Below, in pieces: positions 39,573 through 51,769 of a stretch of 64,000 nt of DNA (position 1 is its first letter; every line of letters begins with the position of its first letter). The position numbers and the translations under genes were made by a program. The stretch is from Callorhinchus milii. Lineage: Eukaryota. Where the stretch lies: NCBI RefSeq assembly GCF_018977255.1, contig NW_024704743.1, positions 27,902,001 through 27,966,000 of the forward strand, in the 5' to 3' direction. A model generated the notes under the pieces. It was not told the DNA's origin. It ran no database searches and saw only the letters and a program-made list of their open reading frames with translations.

Positions 39573-40689
39573 CTGCCTCCATCACCACTACTCCACCGTC
39601 ACACACCCTCCCCTCCCCTCCCTCTCCTCCCAGCCCAAACCATCAACCCCTGGTTTGAAATGTTAAATATAACATAACAATCAAGATCTATCAAAATAAA
39701 CCATTTTCCATTCCTGGTCATGCAGGAGTGTTTACTTTAATGTAGACAGGTCTAGCAGTGCCATGCTGTATCAACAGATAGAGGGTATACTGAGGTATAT
39801 ATTTTCAGAGAGTAAATATTTTGAACCCCTTTCAGCACCAACAGGGAACCTGGCCTCAGCCTTTGGCAAAACTAGTTCAAGTTCGCGAGGTTAAAGGTCA
39901 CCATGTTGAACTGCTAAGTCGATGGGACCGTTTCTTCTTATTTGTTATGGTTTTGACGGGTGTACCTTCTAACACATCTAATTCTGCTCTTAGTTGACTC
40001 AGTTAATTATAGAGTGAGTTTTGAGTACAAATATCTGGTACTATGGCCTTTGCTCAGGAATGTTTTCTTGACAGTCAAGAAAGATCATAGTTTAACCTAA
40101 AAGAAACACTCTGTGCAGTGTTTAAATAATATGATCGGTGCTAATAGATTCTGATGCCTTCTTTCACACCAGCAGTCTGGCTGTCTGAAAGCTCTAATCC
40201 TCTGTGCACAGCTGACTCTTAAGCACCTGGGTTTGTGCCAGAGACCTTGAATTGAAAGGACTATTTTGGGGGTCTACAAAAGACAAGTTATAAAGGGATT
40301 CAAATATATGCCTCAGAGCTGTTCTGCCCATGGATCACAATATGGTTCAGAAGTGTAGTCCCATCTGCAGTTGAAAACGAAGACTGAGTCCAGGAATGCA
40401 CAAATTCAAATATTGGAAAAGTCTAAATTTTGGAACCATTTGCTGTTATCATTAACTGTTCATATTAAAATATGCTGTCTGTGCACAGAAAGGATTCTTT
40501 GACATTTTTGGCATTGTGCTTTTTTAAGATTAGAATGCCTTATGGTTATAGGTGATATCAAATAAGGAACTGACGTATGAATGAACTGACATATAACATA
40601 TATGGAATATATGGTGGCACAGTGAGCCAGAATGTTTATTTTTCAGTAAAATGCTCTTTTCCCATTACATAATGAGAAGGCAACATACA

Positions 40690-41230
40690 TTATGTTCCAG
40701 TAAATACTCATTCCATATTTGTTGACTTGGACTCTCCTCTAACAATAATGAAAACATTCCTGCTTTTATGTGAATGGTGTGTGTTGTATCTAATTGTATT
40801 TGTAGCACTGAGTTACATTCCCCTCCAGCTGTTTGCAGTCTCCTGTTTGAATGTGACTTTTGTTCTTACAGTATTTGATTGCAGTTATTTTAAAGCCTTG
40901 ATCTGCATCAGACCACACTTAATTTGAAGTCTGCGCCAACAATATCTAACAGGCGAGAGGAAATGCTGCCATTGCCTCTGGCCATTTAGAGTTGAACTCG
41001 GAAAAATAATTCATTATCGGTCAAGTAACAACCTGCCATATTGCTGATATAGGTTTCAACTAGAGACTTGTTGAGTTTTATCATCCAGCAGTTTGTAGTC
41101 TGAGCTTTTGTTTCTTATAATGCTACACCGGTGTAAACGTTATTTTGATACTTAAAAATTTGGTTTCATTTAATTCAGACTCAATGACACAGCTTCCTTC
41201 AACTTTGCTTATTTAGGTTTTTAAGTCTGT
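40690..41230 (-). pseudogene. Possible dynein-like pseudo-exon: tail/DHC_N2 start
   Basis: A-rich, coding-like minus strand ending ...SQQIWNEYLLEHN|gtatgt. The position fits but motif support is weak. Confidence 0.3.
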
Positions 41231-41545
41231 TTTTAAATCGATCCTTCTATCACCTTCTTCCTCCTGTATCCATTATTTTCTCTTAAATACATCAATGCTA
41301 TTTGCTTCACCACAGTTTAGTGCAGTGAGTTCCACATTCTCACCACCTCCTGCATGAAGACATTCCTCCTAAACTCACTGTTAGATCTGTTTCCGGCTAT
41401 CTCATATTTACACTTTCTTGTTTCGGACTCCTCAACAGTTGGAATCAGCCTATCAACGCACATCTTATTGAATCATTTCATGACCTTGAATACCTCTATC
41501 AGGTCCACTCTAGAGAGAAAACTCCAACCTGACTAATCTTTCTTC
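41230..41545 (-). mobile_element. CR1 LINE 3' fragment
   Basis: ttgaatacctctatcaggtc and gagttccacattctcaccacc motifs, antisense to the CR1 3' end. Confidence 0.7.
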
Positions 41546-42374
41546 ATAGCTTGAAAGCATCATTTGGCCTAACTCAATCTTAGATTGATTACTGCTCCAT
41601 TAGAAATGTCAATTCTAAGCACATGCCAGGAAAGGTACCTTTCCTGAAAAATGTCTGTAATATACACATGCAATTGGGAGATAGTATGAAAAAGCCTGGG
41701 AGAGAGGGGCAGGGGAAATTCTCAACTTCTCAGTAAATATATCAACAGTGGTTTAAAAACAACATTGAAAACACATAAGAATAAAGTTTCCAACGTGTGG
41801 AATTTAACTTAAATCACCTCTACTGCTCCTCTTTGTCCTTTTCCTGTGGCTCACAGAGAAAGTGTTAGAAATTTCAGACCTTATAAAATTGTACCGTTGT
41901 CAAGCCTTTGTTACAGGAATTTATGGTACTGTATGTTGGTGCTGTAATACCTATGAAATGAAATGGATTTAAAAAATGTCTTATATGTCTGACATTTATA
42001 TAACAAATGACTGCTGACAGCTACCAGAGATAAGGGATATTAGCTTTCAGCTAATATGGGACCATCGAGTCAGCCACAGACTTAAGACAAATATTTTTAC
42101 GTGGAGACGACAGCAGCTCTTTGAGCCAAGTTTTGTTTGGTGCCACAATTAGGAATGTGCTCTTCATGGATTTTGGTGGTGGTTGGGGGGGTGGAGTGAG
42201 CAGCAAAGGGAAAATGACTGTCAATCAAACAAAATGGTCCTGACCTTTCGACTTGCTTCCACGCTCACCTTCTCAAAGTTTGTCACTGATGAACCATTGA
42301 CCTTTTGATTAACATTTAACATGTGACCTATCATGAAAAGTTAGTTCTAATTTCCTTCTCTCTCTCTCTTGCAG

Positions 42375-42442
42375 AAAAACTCTACAATTCTAATGGACGG
42401 GAGCTGAGAAGAGCCCTCTTTTCCCTCAAGCAGATTTTTCAG
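42375..42442 (+). CDS. FHOD3: FHOD3 internal coding exon (GBD/FH3 region; equivalent to human exon 4), 68 nt
   Basis: Polypyrimidine tract then ttgcag|AAAAACTC...TTTCAG|gtgagt. Translates (E)KLYNSNGRELRRALFSLKQIFQ, against human FHOD3 EKLYNSSGRDLRRALFSLKQIFQ; closer to FHOD3 than to FHOD1. Confidence 0.95.
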
Positions 42443-42619
42443 GTGAGTGGCAAACTACCTGAAAGTGGGTAAGCGATTAAACCAATTGACTCGTGATTAA
42501 TCCCAGAAAGATGTGAAGAGAGCAATAACGGGGCAAGATGACTGGCATCCAGCACCTTGGGACGTCTTTCCAAAGTGAAAGGTGCTATATAAATGAAATT
42601 TGTCATTTGTGTAGCTGTA

Positions 42620-43034
42620 AAGTATACGACTTCAGTTCAGTTTAATGAATCTTTTCGAATCTTTCATGACTTTTCATCTACAGATATTCAAATGTCAATG
42701 CCAGGTAATAAAAAAGATTTATCACAACCAAAACTTCCTGACAGTATTATAATGCAATATTATATCTCAGTGTCCAAATGTGTACTGAGCTTTCCAACAT
42801 TACAAAACCCTTTTTGACAAAGCTTTTGTGTTAAGGGGACAATTGTGGCATCAATGAAGAAATGGGATAGGTGTAGTTGAAAATCATGAGGAGTGACTCT
42901 GAAACTGACTTTAAAAGAAAGAGCAACATGAAAACAGTTGTAACATTCAAAGTATATCTGAGGGAAGGCTAATATAGACTCTTGGCGTATTCCATTAAAA
43001 CATTCTCTAATGGTGGATGAATTAATGGACAATC
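42620..43034 (-). pseudogene. Dynein-like pseudo-exon: tail
   Basis: Acceptor gcttttcag| at 43034, then 90 open codons (ORF 42760-43032). CFHVALSFKVSFRVTPHDFQ resembles PLFxVxL...FxPSLEDFQ. Confidence 0.5.
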
Positions 43035-43129
43035 CTGAAAAGCTACTTCTGACTCATTCAGATATTGTCCATGTTACATTACAATACAATTGTACAATTA
43101 TATAGGGCCTTTCACATCAGGACAGTGTT

Positions 43130-43616
43130 CATTGTTACAGTGAGTACTGTAAATCGCATGTATTGTATAATTCTCGACTGAATATTTGCATCAGACGCAC
43201 AGGAAGATTTTCACTCCTTGCATCCCTTAAATGACAATTAGTTGATTTATCTTGAGTCTGTGTGTCCTTTAGATGTCAGATAATAAATACTTTCATCAGT
43301 GAATGATCTGTGTAATATTTACCACTGAGATTCCTATTGTTTAGACATAGGTGTGAGATCTTTGCTCTTCTTACATAATTTTACATATTTATTTAATGTT
43401 AGTCATTGAGCTCGACATTCAGTCCGTTATGTCCCTGGGTTTAATACTTAAGTAGATGCTGTGGATCAGTGATCTAGGATGTTGTTCAAAAAAAATCCAA
43501 TATTCCTTTGCTGATAAAGTCAGAATATTTGTCAGTTTCTCAAGAGTCTCACGAGCCCAGAATAGAATTGATCATGTTATGTTCAGAATAGTTTGGAATT
43601 AAGGAGATCACCATGT
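43130..43616 (-). pseudogene. Dynein-like pseudo-exon: tail
   Basis: Acceptor tttacag| at 43616. IQSRIIQYMRFTVL near 43145-43185 resembles the tail motif FIRLxDYMI. Confidence 0.45.
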
Positions 43617-44067
43617 CTGTAAATCAATTATGTTCAAATATATTTGTTCAATGAACAGGACTGTTGTTACATAGAATAAAATATAGGGAGTGAAAATTGG
43701 GATGTGTGATGTGTTAAGCAACATCAGCGATGATTGGCACATCATGTGTTGCAGACTTTACCCCAGTAACCTCATGGGGAAATCACACTCCTAAAGGAAC
43801 AGTAAATATCACCCAGCTTTTCAGAACAGTTCTCAGTGTTGGCGTTAGGAGAGAACTGCTGAAGTATTTACTTGAAAAGTTGACTCAGTGAAGTCAAGCC
43901 AATCGTACCACCTAATCCTCTCTCAAATCTAGGACTCAAACCTCTCTTTCTCTCAGTTACGACCTTTCTTGTGTTTCACTATTTTTTGTTATTTTTTGCT
44001 TCTAGGGCCTAAATTGTGAATATTTAAAATAGTTAGTAAATTAGTAAATTCAGATTTACAGGTGTTC

Positions 44068-44320
44068 AACAACATGAACAACAACAACTTACACTTCTAT
44101 AGTACCCTTCACATGGGCTAGTGTCATAGAGTGCTTCACAATGGCACAGTTTGACACTGAGCCAGGGAGAAGGGGGTGACCGTAGGCACAGTCAAAGAGA
44201 AAAGTTTTCAGATGTGACCTGAAGGTGCCAAGAGGGGGCAAGGCGAAGGGATTGAGGCAGAGAATTCCAGTGGTTCAGGGCATATTGGTTGAAACACGGC
44301 TGACAAAAGAGGAGCGAAGA
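44068..44320 (-). mobile_element. L2 LINE 3' fragment
   Basis: WNSLPQSLRLA; (TTG)n tail. Confidence 0.75.
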
Positions 44321-44324
44321 TCCA

Positions 44325-44600
44325 GTGAGTAACCCAAAACTCGTTAATTTTTTTCTTCTTCTGCGAATCTTACGCATTCCTCCAAACATTATTCTCCTAA
44401 TGTTTCTCCTAAGCTTCCAAATACAGCAATTCTCGAAACACTTCCTCCTCCTTGCATCTTTAATCTCACTTATTCTTTCCCAGAACCTCAAAACTGTTTA
44501 CTCTTTAGTGCTCTCAGTTTTCCCTTCCTCTTATAATCTGCTTTACAGACATTTAAAATCCAAGTTTGTTGTCATTCAACCAGGACGTTCCAAATTATCT
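44325..44600 (-). pseudogene. Dynein-like pseudo-exon: N-terminal tail
   Basis: RFWERISEIKDARRRKCFENCCIWKLRRNIRRIMF resembles the basic F..F...K.F..W++N++ motif of DNAH6/DNAH14/DNHD1 N-termini. It is bounded by a SINE (44607) and an L2 tail (44320). Confidence 0.55.
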
Positions 44601-44606
44601 GGAGTG

Positions 44607-44972
44607 AAGTTCTGTAGCTCAGTGGTGACAGCACTCACCTGTCAAGTGAGATGACCTGAGTTTAGCTGGGTCAAGCATTAAGCAAGTTTCCTTACTCGAC
44701 ATACCTCTGTTTACTAAGCAGTAAGTAGGAACCCGGTTGTTAGACGATTGGTGGATCATTTTTCCAGGGATAATAATCCCTTGAAAAAAATAATAATTTG
44801 GTCACTCAATCCACGATTGTTTGTAGGACAGTGTTGTGCGCAATTGGCTGCCCTGTTTCACCCACAAAATATTCAGTGAATTCACTTTACAGTATATTCT
44901 GTGAAGCGCTTGAGACGTCTCAAAGACGCAATAAGATGCTATATCTATGCAAGGATTATTATATTATTATTA
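44607..44972 (+). mobile_element. tRNA-derived SINE (long form)
   Basis: Same structure as 46168-46535. Confidence 0.88.
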
Positions 44973-46167
44973 TCTATTTGTTTTTTCTTTTTGCAATCCC
45001 GATGTGAAAGGTACTATATCAAATGCAAGGATAATTGTTATTAATCATGGTAGTATTCTTCAATTACTTTTCACCTCTCAATTGAAAAGCATCTTTGTAA
45101 AGGTGACGCCTCTTCATCTTTGAGAATATGCCTTAAGATTGACAGTGGCTTGTTTATTTTGCAGCATATGCTTACTTTGAAACCCTGACACGGTCTGCTG
45201 AAGAAACCACATTATTTTTTATTTGTATTACTTAGTGGTGGTTCAAACATTCATGGAGAAGAATGGGCTACCGTACTGTAGTGGGATTTCCATGTGTTCT
45301 TTGGCGGTGCATTTGTTCAAGTTTGTCCGTAAATCTAATTAAAGAGGAACATAGTTTGTATTGACTCAGATGTTCTGAATGAATTGAAGCAGAATCCTGC
45401 ATAAGAAATGTTGACTCACAGCTAAGTATAAAGTAAGAGGGCAAGAAGTTAAAGCATTGTAAATTTCAAAGGAATATATCACAGGACGTAAGGCCAGCCA
45501 CGATGGAGCTGTGAACACAACACCTGATAGCGTTTGTATCCTTTCAACAACGCAAACAGCTTCAAGATGTTTTTCAACTGGTATTTTTTGTGTCGATTTA
45601 TAAGTTAATTTCCATTTCTCTTCCTTTTTTCTGGAGGACCTTCACCCTTAACGAGAGAACAGTGAGACTGTGCTGTTGGCTTCTGTCAGTGATGCTTGAG
45701 AGGCTTAGGTTTATAAATGGGAATAAAAACATTAAAAAAACGTCTGGTTTGCAGGCAGTAATAATAAAACCTTTGAAACAAAATCAAAGGGTCTAGTTGA
45801 TCCTGAACAATAAAAATAGAGGTCCTTTCCCTGTATCTTTATTACTGGAAATCCTATATTAAGCTACATCAATATTTTCATCAAGATCAATATTTGTAGC
45901 GGTTTGCAGCAAACGACTCCAGTGGAACTTTAAATTTGTGCAAATTACTATTACATCATTGACATTCAAAATACTATGAACAAAATGTTTCCTTTGAAAT
46001 TAGACCTGAAGTTGAGTTGTGATGCTGAGAGGCACTATGGTGTGTTTTTGATCACCATATTGGTCACTGATCCTCTCCAAGTTTTTTTTTCAGCACAATT
46101 TTGTTTTTCTAATTCATGTAATTAATAATTTTATGTTCATTCATTGAATTGAAATGCAGGCAAATTA

Positions 46168-46535
46168 AAGTCCTGTAGTGTTGTGGTTAGAGCACTCGCC
46201 TAGCAAGTGAGAGGATCCAGGCTTGATTTCCGGGCAGGGCGAAATCTTAGACAAGTTTCCTTACTCCACATGCCTCTATGTATCTAGCAGTAAGTAGGAA
46301 CCTGGTTCTTAGTCGATTGGCGAATCACTTCTCTGGGAATAATAATCCCTTAAAAAAAAATTCGGTCACTCAATCTGACTGTTTGTGGGAACACTGCTGT
46401 GCCTAATCGGCTGCCGTGTTTCACCGACAAAATATGCAGTTACTACACTTTACAGTATATTTTGTGAAGCGCTTTGAGATGTCACAAAGACATGATCAAG
46501 ATCTACATCAAATGCAAGAATTATTATTATTATTA
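46168..46535 (+). mobile_element. tRNA-derived SINE (long form)
   Basis: Head, extra internal segment (agcagtaagtaggaacctggtt), core and tail. Confidence 0.9.
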
Positions 46536-46609
46536 ATTGTGTGCAGGTGTTCCTATGCTCTGCAGCTTTCCAATCAAAGAAGCACCCTGCTCTTTCCAAA
46601 CACTAGTTG

Positions 46610-46912
46610 AATAATAATAATAATTATCCTTGCATCTGATATAGCAATTTTCACATCTTCTAGACATCTTAAAGCATTTCACAGAATATACTGTAAAGTG
46701 AATTGACTGTATATTTTGTGGGCGAAATGCGACAGACAATTGCGCACAAACAGTCGTGGATTGGGTAACCAAATTATTATTGTTTTTTTTTGAGGGATTA
46801 CTATCAAGCGTGTTGAGTAAGGAAACTTGCCCAAGTTTTCGCCCTGCCGGGAATCGAACCCGGGTCTCTCGCTTGCAAGGCGAGTGCTCTAACCACTGAG
46901 CTACAGGACTCC
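46610..46912 (-). mobile_element. tRNA-derived SINE (short form)
   Basis: Near-perfect tRNA-like head at 46845-46912 plus tail. Confidence 0.92.
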
Positions 46913-46915
46913 TGG

Positions 46916-47528
46916 CAAAACACTTCGATAAAATAGCTAACCTGCTACTAATAACTTCACTTGTGTTGAATAAAAGGAACAGATGTGTTATCTTAATCAC
47001 AGTGTGGAGCTATCTTTCCTAACGTGCCCAGACTAGGTATATTAATGTACTAGATTGGCACTTCCCATTTCATTTCCACAAAGAATTTGCAAGCAGCAGC
47101 ATTATCTCGTACTCCAGACTAGGTCTGAAGATACTGTCCACGACTAAGAAGAACAATGTATAATGTAGAAGAGTAACAGTCTCTTCTATTGCAGAAGCAT
47201 TTGACAGTACAAAAGATTGTGAAAATTGGCATTAGTACATTACTGCATACAAAAGTTTCCAGACAGGGAAAAGCACAGGTCACTTTCTACCAGTGTTCAT
47301 TTTAACTTTGTAATCATTGCCGATCCTCATTTAATCCAAAAATACTCTGCTCGTTTTCTTTGCTCCTTTAATTGCCTGCCATGGAAAGATTTGGCTTAAA
47401 TAAATTCCCTCCTGAAGGACAGAACACCTAGTCTGGGCATGTTAGGGAAGATAACCCAAAACTGTTCCTTTTGTTCGACACAAGTGATGTTATTAGTAGA
47501 AGATTAACTATTTTATCAAAGTGTTTTG
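46916..47528. mobile_element. Element with ~100-120 bp terminal inverted repeats (MITE-like)
   Basis: 46916-47038 (caaaacacttcgataaaatagctaa...cccagactaggt) is the imperfect reverse complement of 47426-47528. Confidence 0.75.
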
Positions 47529-48823
47529 TGTGTCACACAAATGGTTCAATTTTATGAGTTGCTTCTAACCATCCCATAATAGTAATTATTTCAGTGCAGC
47601 AGTTTGGGCATGCACAGACTGATGGGAGTAACAGGGCTGTTCTCTGTGACTTTTTCTCTTATACGTCTTGTTAAACTCGTCAGTGTAAAATCATTAGTCA
47701 CCAGTGTTGGATACCCTTTAAGAAGAAATGACCAATTAACCAGGAACCAATGAAAGGGGTTAAGGAAATATAAAGCAGCAGGATGCAGGTGAACTAACTA
47801 AAGGGGTTTTTGGTTATATTGGTATTTTTTTTTGAGAGCTGAGAATAAACTGATGATTTCTACATTTAAGGTTGTGAAAACATAACAACCAGCAAGGTGT
47901 TTGACATAAGCCCAGGCTTATTCTACTCTGCTGAACTTCAAGTCAATTCAGCACTGAAATTGCTCACTAGCTTTAGAAATATTTTAGTTCACAAGTTAAT
48001 ACAGCCTAAAATGCAAGAATTTCAAACTGGATTCATTAATTAAGCTCCCAGAGGACAGGAGTCTACAGTACAACATGGAATTTGGCAGTAACTGTTAATG
48101 CATTTATATTGCATCTTTCCCTTCTTGAAGTACTTTGCAAGAATGATGGAGATCACCAAAGAGGGAGAAAAGGAGGTGAACTGTGAGTTTATTGTTAGAG
48201 ATCAGGGCACTGGATTCATTTAAAAAAGTGGTTTGATGTTGTGATGTGGTGGGGGGACAATCAGGTGGATGTTCTTGAATGATAAGATCAGACCAATCTT
48301 GTGGTCAAATGCTCAATCATAGATGGTTTTAAGTATGTTTTGAAACCAGGAAGAAAAGCTGCAATGCAAAGGGATATTAGGATCAATTGCAGAGAGCAGG
48401 GATATAGTAGCAGGGACATAGTGGCGGAGAGATAGTTGCTAATGTTTCAATCAACAAACGTTAGAAGGAGGTAGTATGGATCAGAGTGTGATCACAGTGG
48501 AGCAGAGTGTGAAAAGACACAGGATTGCAATGCACACTGAAAAGAGCACTCAAGTATGGAGAAAGACTTCTTCTGAAAGTCCAATTGAACTGAATTATTG
48601 AGAAGAGAGAACATTGATGAGAGTGAGAATGACAGCTCTGAATCCATTTGTCCTAAGTTATTGATCACTAAGTGCATTGAAGTAGAATGATTTATTCTCT
48701 GGACTCCCAAGTAGACAGGTTAACAAATTCTGTATGTGTGTCAAATGAGAGTATTTCCAATCACATTAACTCAAAATCACAGTAGCTCACATTAACTCAA
48801 ATGCTGTTCTTTTATTTCATCAG

Positions 48824-48929
48824 GATGACAAAGATTTGGTCCATGAGTTTGTCGTTGCTGAGGGTCTAACATGCTTGATAAAAGTAGGAGCAGAGGCAGA
48901 CCAGAACTACCAGAATTACATCCTGAGAG
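48824..48929 (+). CDS. FHOD3: FHOD3 internal coding exon (equivalent to human exon 5), 106 nt
   Basis: tttcatcag|GATGACAAA...CTGAGAG|gtaagt. Translates [35 protein letters not shown], matching FHOD3 as I recall it, and is in phase with the previous exon. Confidence 0.96.
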
Positions 48930-51769
48930 GTAAGTGATACCAGCCCCTACTGTCTCCCTTTGTTAAAGTAAACATATGGTTTATTTATTTAATTTTACTT
49001 ACAGCTTGTGCTCGGCCCACTATTTGGTGACTTAAGTTGAAGCAATCAGGTCTAGGTTATGCTGTGAGGCCTGCATGGTTGGACCCAGTGTTCATATAAC
49101 AGGGCTATTTCCTTAAAATAAACTGCTGGGAAATCCGATCATAAACATACAATGTAGAACATCTTTCCTTTTAGATGTTGGCATGTGCTGGATCTCGATA
49201 TAGTGGAGGATGCCTAACTGACTCTTGTGGGAATTAAAACAAATACTCTCCAGTAATAAAATAGGCAACACTCCAATTTTATTGTGAGTCATTGAGTCAC
49301 CATGAGGAATCTTTTCTAGCCTTTGTATCTTGGACCTGTGGATAAGTGTTACACACGATGCTCCCGGCGTACAGGGCAGTCACAAGAATGCTATTCCTGG
49401 GCTTTTTTTTCAGCTACCATATTCCCATCAAACACTTTTTCAACCTCATTCTGCTTCCAAAAACAGAACATCAATAGTTGGCCATGTTTCAGGTGGCCTC
49501 AGCCCACACCTTGAGTCAAGTAACAAGGTCAAGTATGTACCCGCAGATGAAAACACAAACAGTAACACATGGGAAACTAACGAGTCTTTACAGGTCATAT
49601 TAGAAATGAGCCATCTGCTTAAAAGTGCTGTCCCTGTATTTGTCTGTGATGGATGCAATACCCCTCATGTTAAAACCATCAAATATAAGGTCTTTGTCAT
49701 GGGGTTATTCACGTTACTTATCTTTGCTGCCAAATAGTTTTGTTTTTGGGGGCGTAGTTTTCCTACAATCGGAAAAATTTATTAACCTTGGTGAGTGAAT
49801 CTGTGTTACTTCCACAACTAAACTTGATGGGCTGAACATAGAATGAGGTTTTCCCATTATAAATGTGCCGTCAAGTTTGAGAAAATGTCCTGATCAGCGG
49901 ACAAGTGCCCTCTGTTTGTAATCAGACTGTAGTATTCCTTGGAAGTAAATCATTGCTGGATAAGTATAGGATTTATCGATTTTTTTTTTGGGGGGGGACT
50001 TTGTCTCGAGGTGCTGGAAATCCAAGGTAATAGGCAGCTGGCATTGAGTTATAAGAGAACACTTCAATCAAGCACTTCGAAGGACATGCTAAATCATGAG
50101 AGCGAAGCTCCAACAATTTCTGAATATCAGCACAACCGCAAGATTGAATTTACTGTCTTCTGTTCGCTGCCAGGCATTTGTTTTTTTTATATATTATACT
50201 GTCTGCAGTTAAATAGAGAGTGTTACTCTAATGGGAAGTCATTTTCAATATACAGTGCTTTTCACCCTCCTCCAGATAGCTTGAGGGAAATAAATTATTG
50301 AAGAATTCTGCTGCCTGCATGGAGAAACCTTTATTTTTCTTTGCTTGTTCTTTGCTAGACAACTATCACACCAGACCTCGAAGCCACAACACAGTAAGAC
50401 CATTCTGTCAAAAAATAACTTCAATTCAAAGCAGCATCTTTTCATTGATCTATATTTGCCCATGGAGCACTTCCCTGTACTTCTCCTCACTTTTTATCCT
50501 ATATTAATAAGCACTGTTTTTCAGGCTCCCTCCATCAAGCCCTGGAGACATTCACTTGTATGAGCGCTGAGTGCAGTGGATTTGGTTGAGTTATACAAGG
50601 CAAAGGAAGTCTGTTTGCATGCTGCATGTCTGTCCCGCAATATTGGAGCCAGTGCCTTTCGTCTGTTTGGAGATTAATTGTGTGATGACTGTTGTGCTTC
50701 GTTCCTATCACCACCAAATATCATAAATAAACAATCCCAGTATTTGATATAGTGCCTCTAATATCAGAACTTCATAGGTAGTTGCAGTAAAGTGTAATGA
50801 CTTTGTACTTGAGGTTAAATGTGGCAGCTAATTTGCTCACAGCAAGATTGCACAGACACCCAATTTATCTGAAGGATTGTTGGCCAGGACACCAGGAGAA
50901 ACATCCTTCTCTTTTCCAACAATGACATGGGATCTTTAACATTCTCCTGAATTAGAAACGTATGAGAGACTCCTGCATTGTTTGATTTAGTCTGTAACTT
51001 TGTTTCCTTCCTGACATCTTCCCCTTCCCTCGGTGACTGGCATGTGTGTGTATAATGTGGTTCTGATTGAGCGAAGCACCAATTGTCACTCCTCAAGGGG
51101 AAGGCTTTTAGTCTCTCACTTCCTCCTCAAGACAGGAAGGTTGAAATCAGAAGACTGACCATGTGGTAAACACATACCCATTTACTGCAACTCTGAGGTC
51201 CCACATGGCAGATCAAACTATTGATGCGTTTGTCCAGGTGGGGTTACAAAATGAAAACCCCAAAGCTTAAACTTTTCAAAATTAGCATTACGCAGAAGAT
51301 TGCGAGATTATTGTCTGGTACTAATTTCCTGCCAAATTTACAGCTTATTTGCACCAAGTATTTATAGCTTTATTATATTTGTCTGGCTTCAACTTTAACA
51401 AATGTCCTTCGTGGCTTGTTTACTTCAAGGGAGTTACAAATTTCAGCCGTACCCGAGATGTTGTTTCTCAGTCTTATATATAGGTGGTGAACATAATAAT
51501 CCTTGCATTTAATATCACGCCTTATCAAAGTGCTTCACAAGATATACTGTAAAATGGTTTTGACTGTGTGTTTCATGGGTGAAACACAACAGCCAGTTTG
51601 CACACAGCAATGTCCCGCAAACAGTCATGGAGTGAGTGATCAATTTTATTTGGGGGAGTTGTTGGCCAGGACACCGGGAGGAACACCCTTCTCCTTTCGA
51701 ATAGTACCATGGGATCTTTAATGTCCATCTGAATAGGCAGATGGCACCTTGGTTTAACATCTCATCCCA

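Larger units (their letters stand above)
1290..44600 (-). pseudogene. Multi-exon, highly divergent dynein heavy chain-like pseudogene, antisense to FHOD3
   Basis: About 23 minus-strand segments, many with AG/GT boundaries, translate to successive dynein heavy chain motifs in the correct order. They contain in-frame stops, frameshifts and TE insertions. Segments are listed individually below. Confidence 0.78.

Noticed and set aside
46845..46912. tRNA gene
   Set aside because: It is the tRNA-derived head of a SINE, continuous with the SINE body and tail. The same applies at 57445, 57751, 46168 and 62682.
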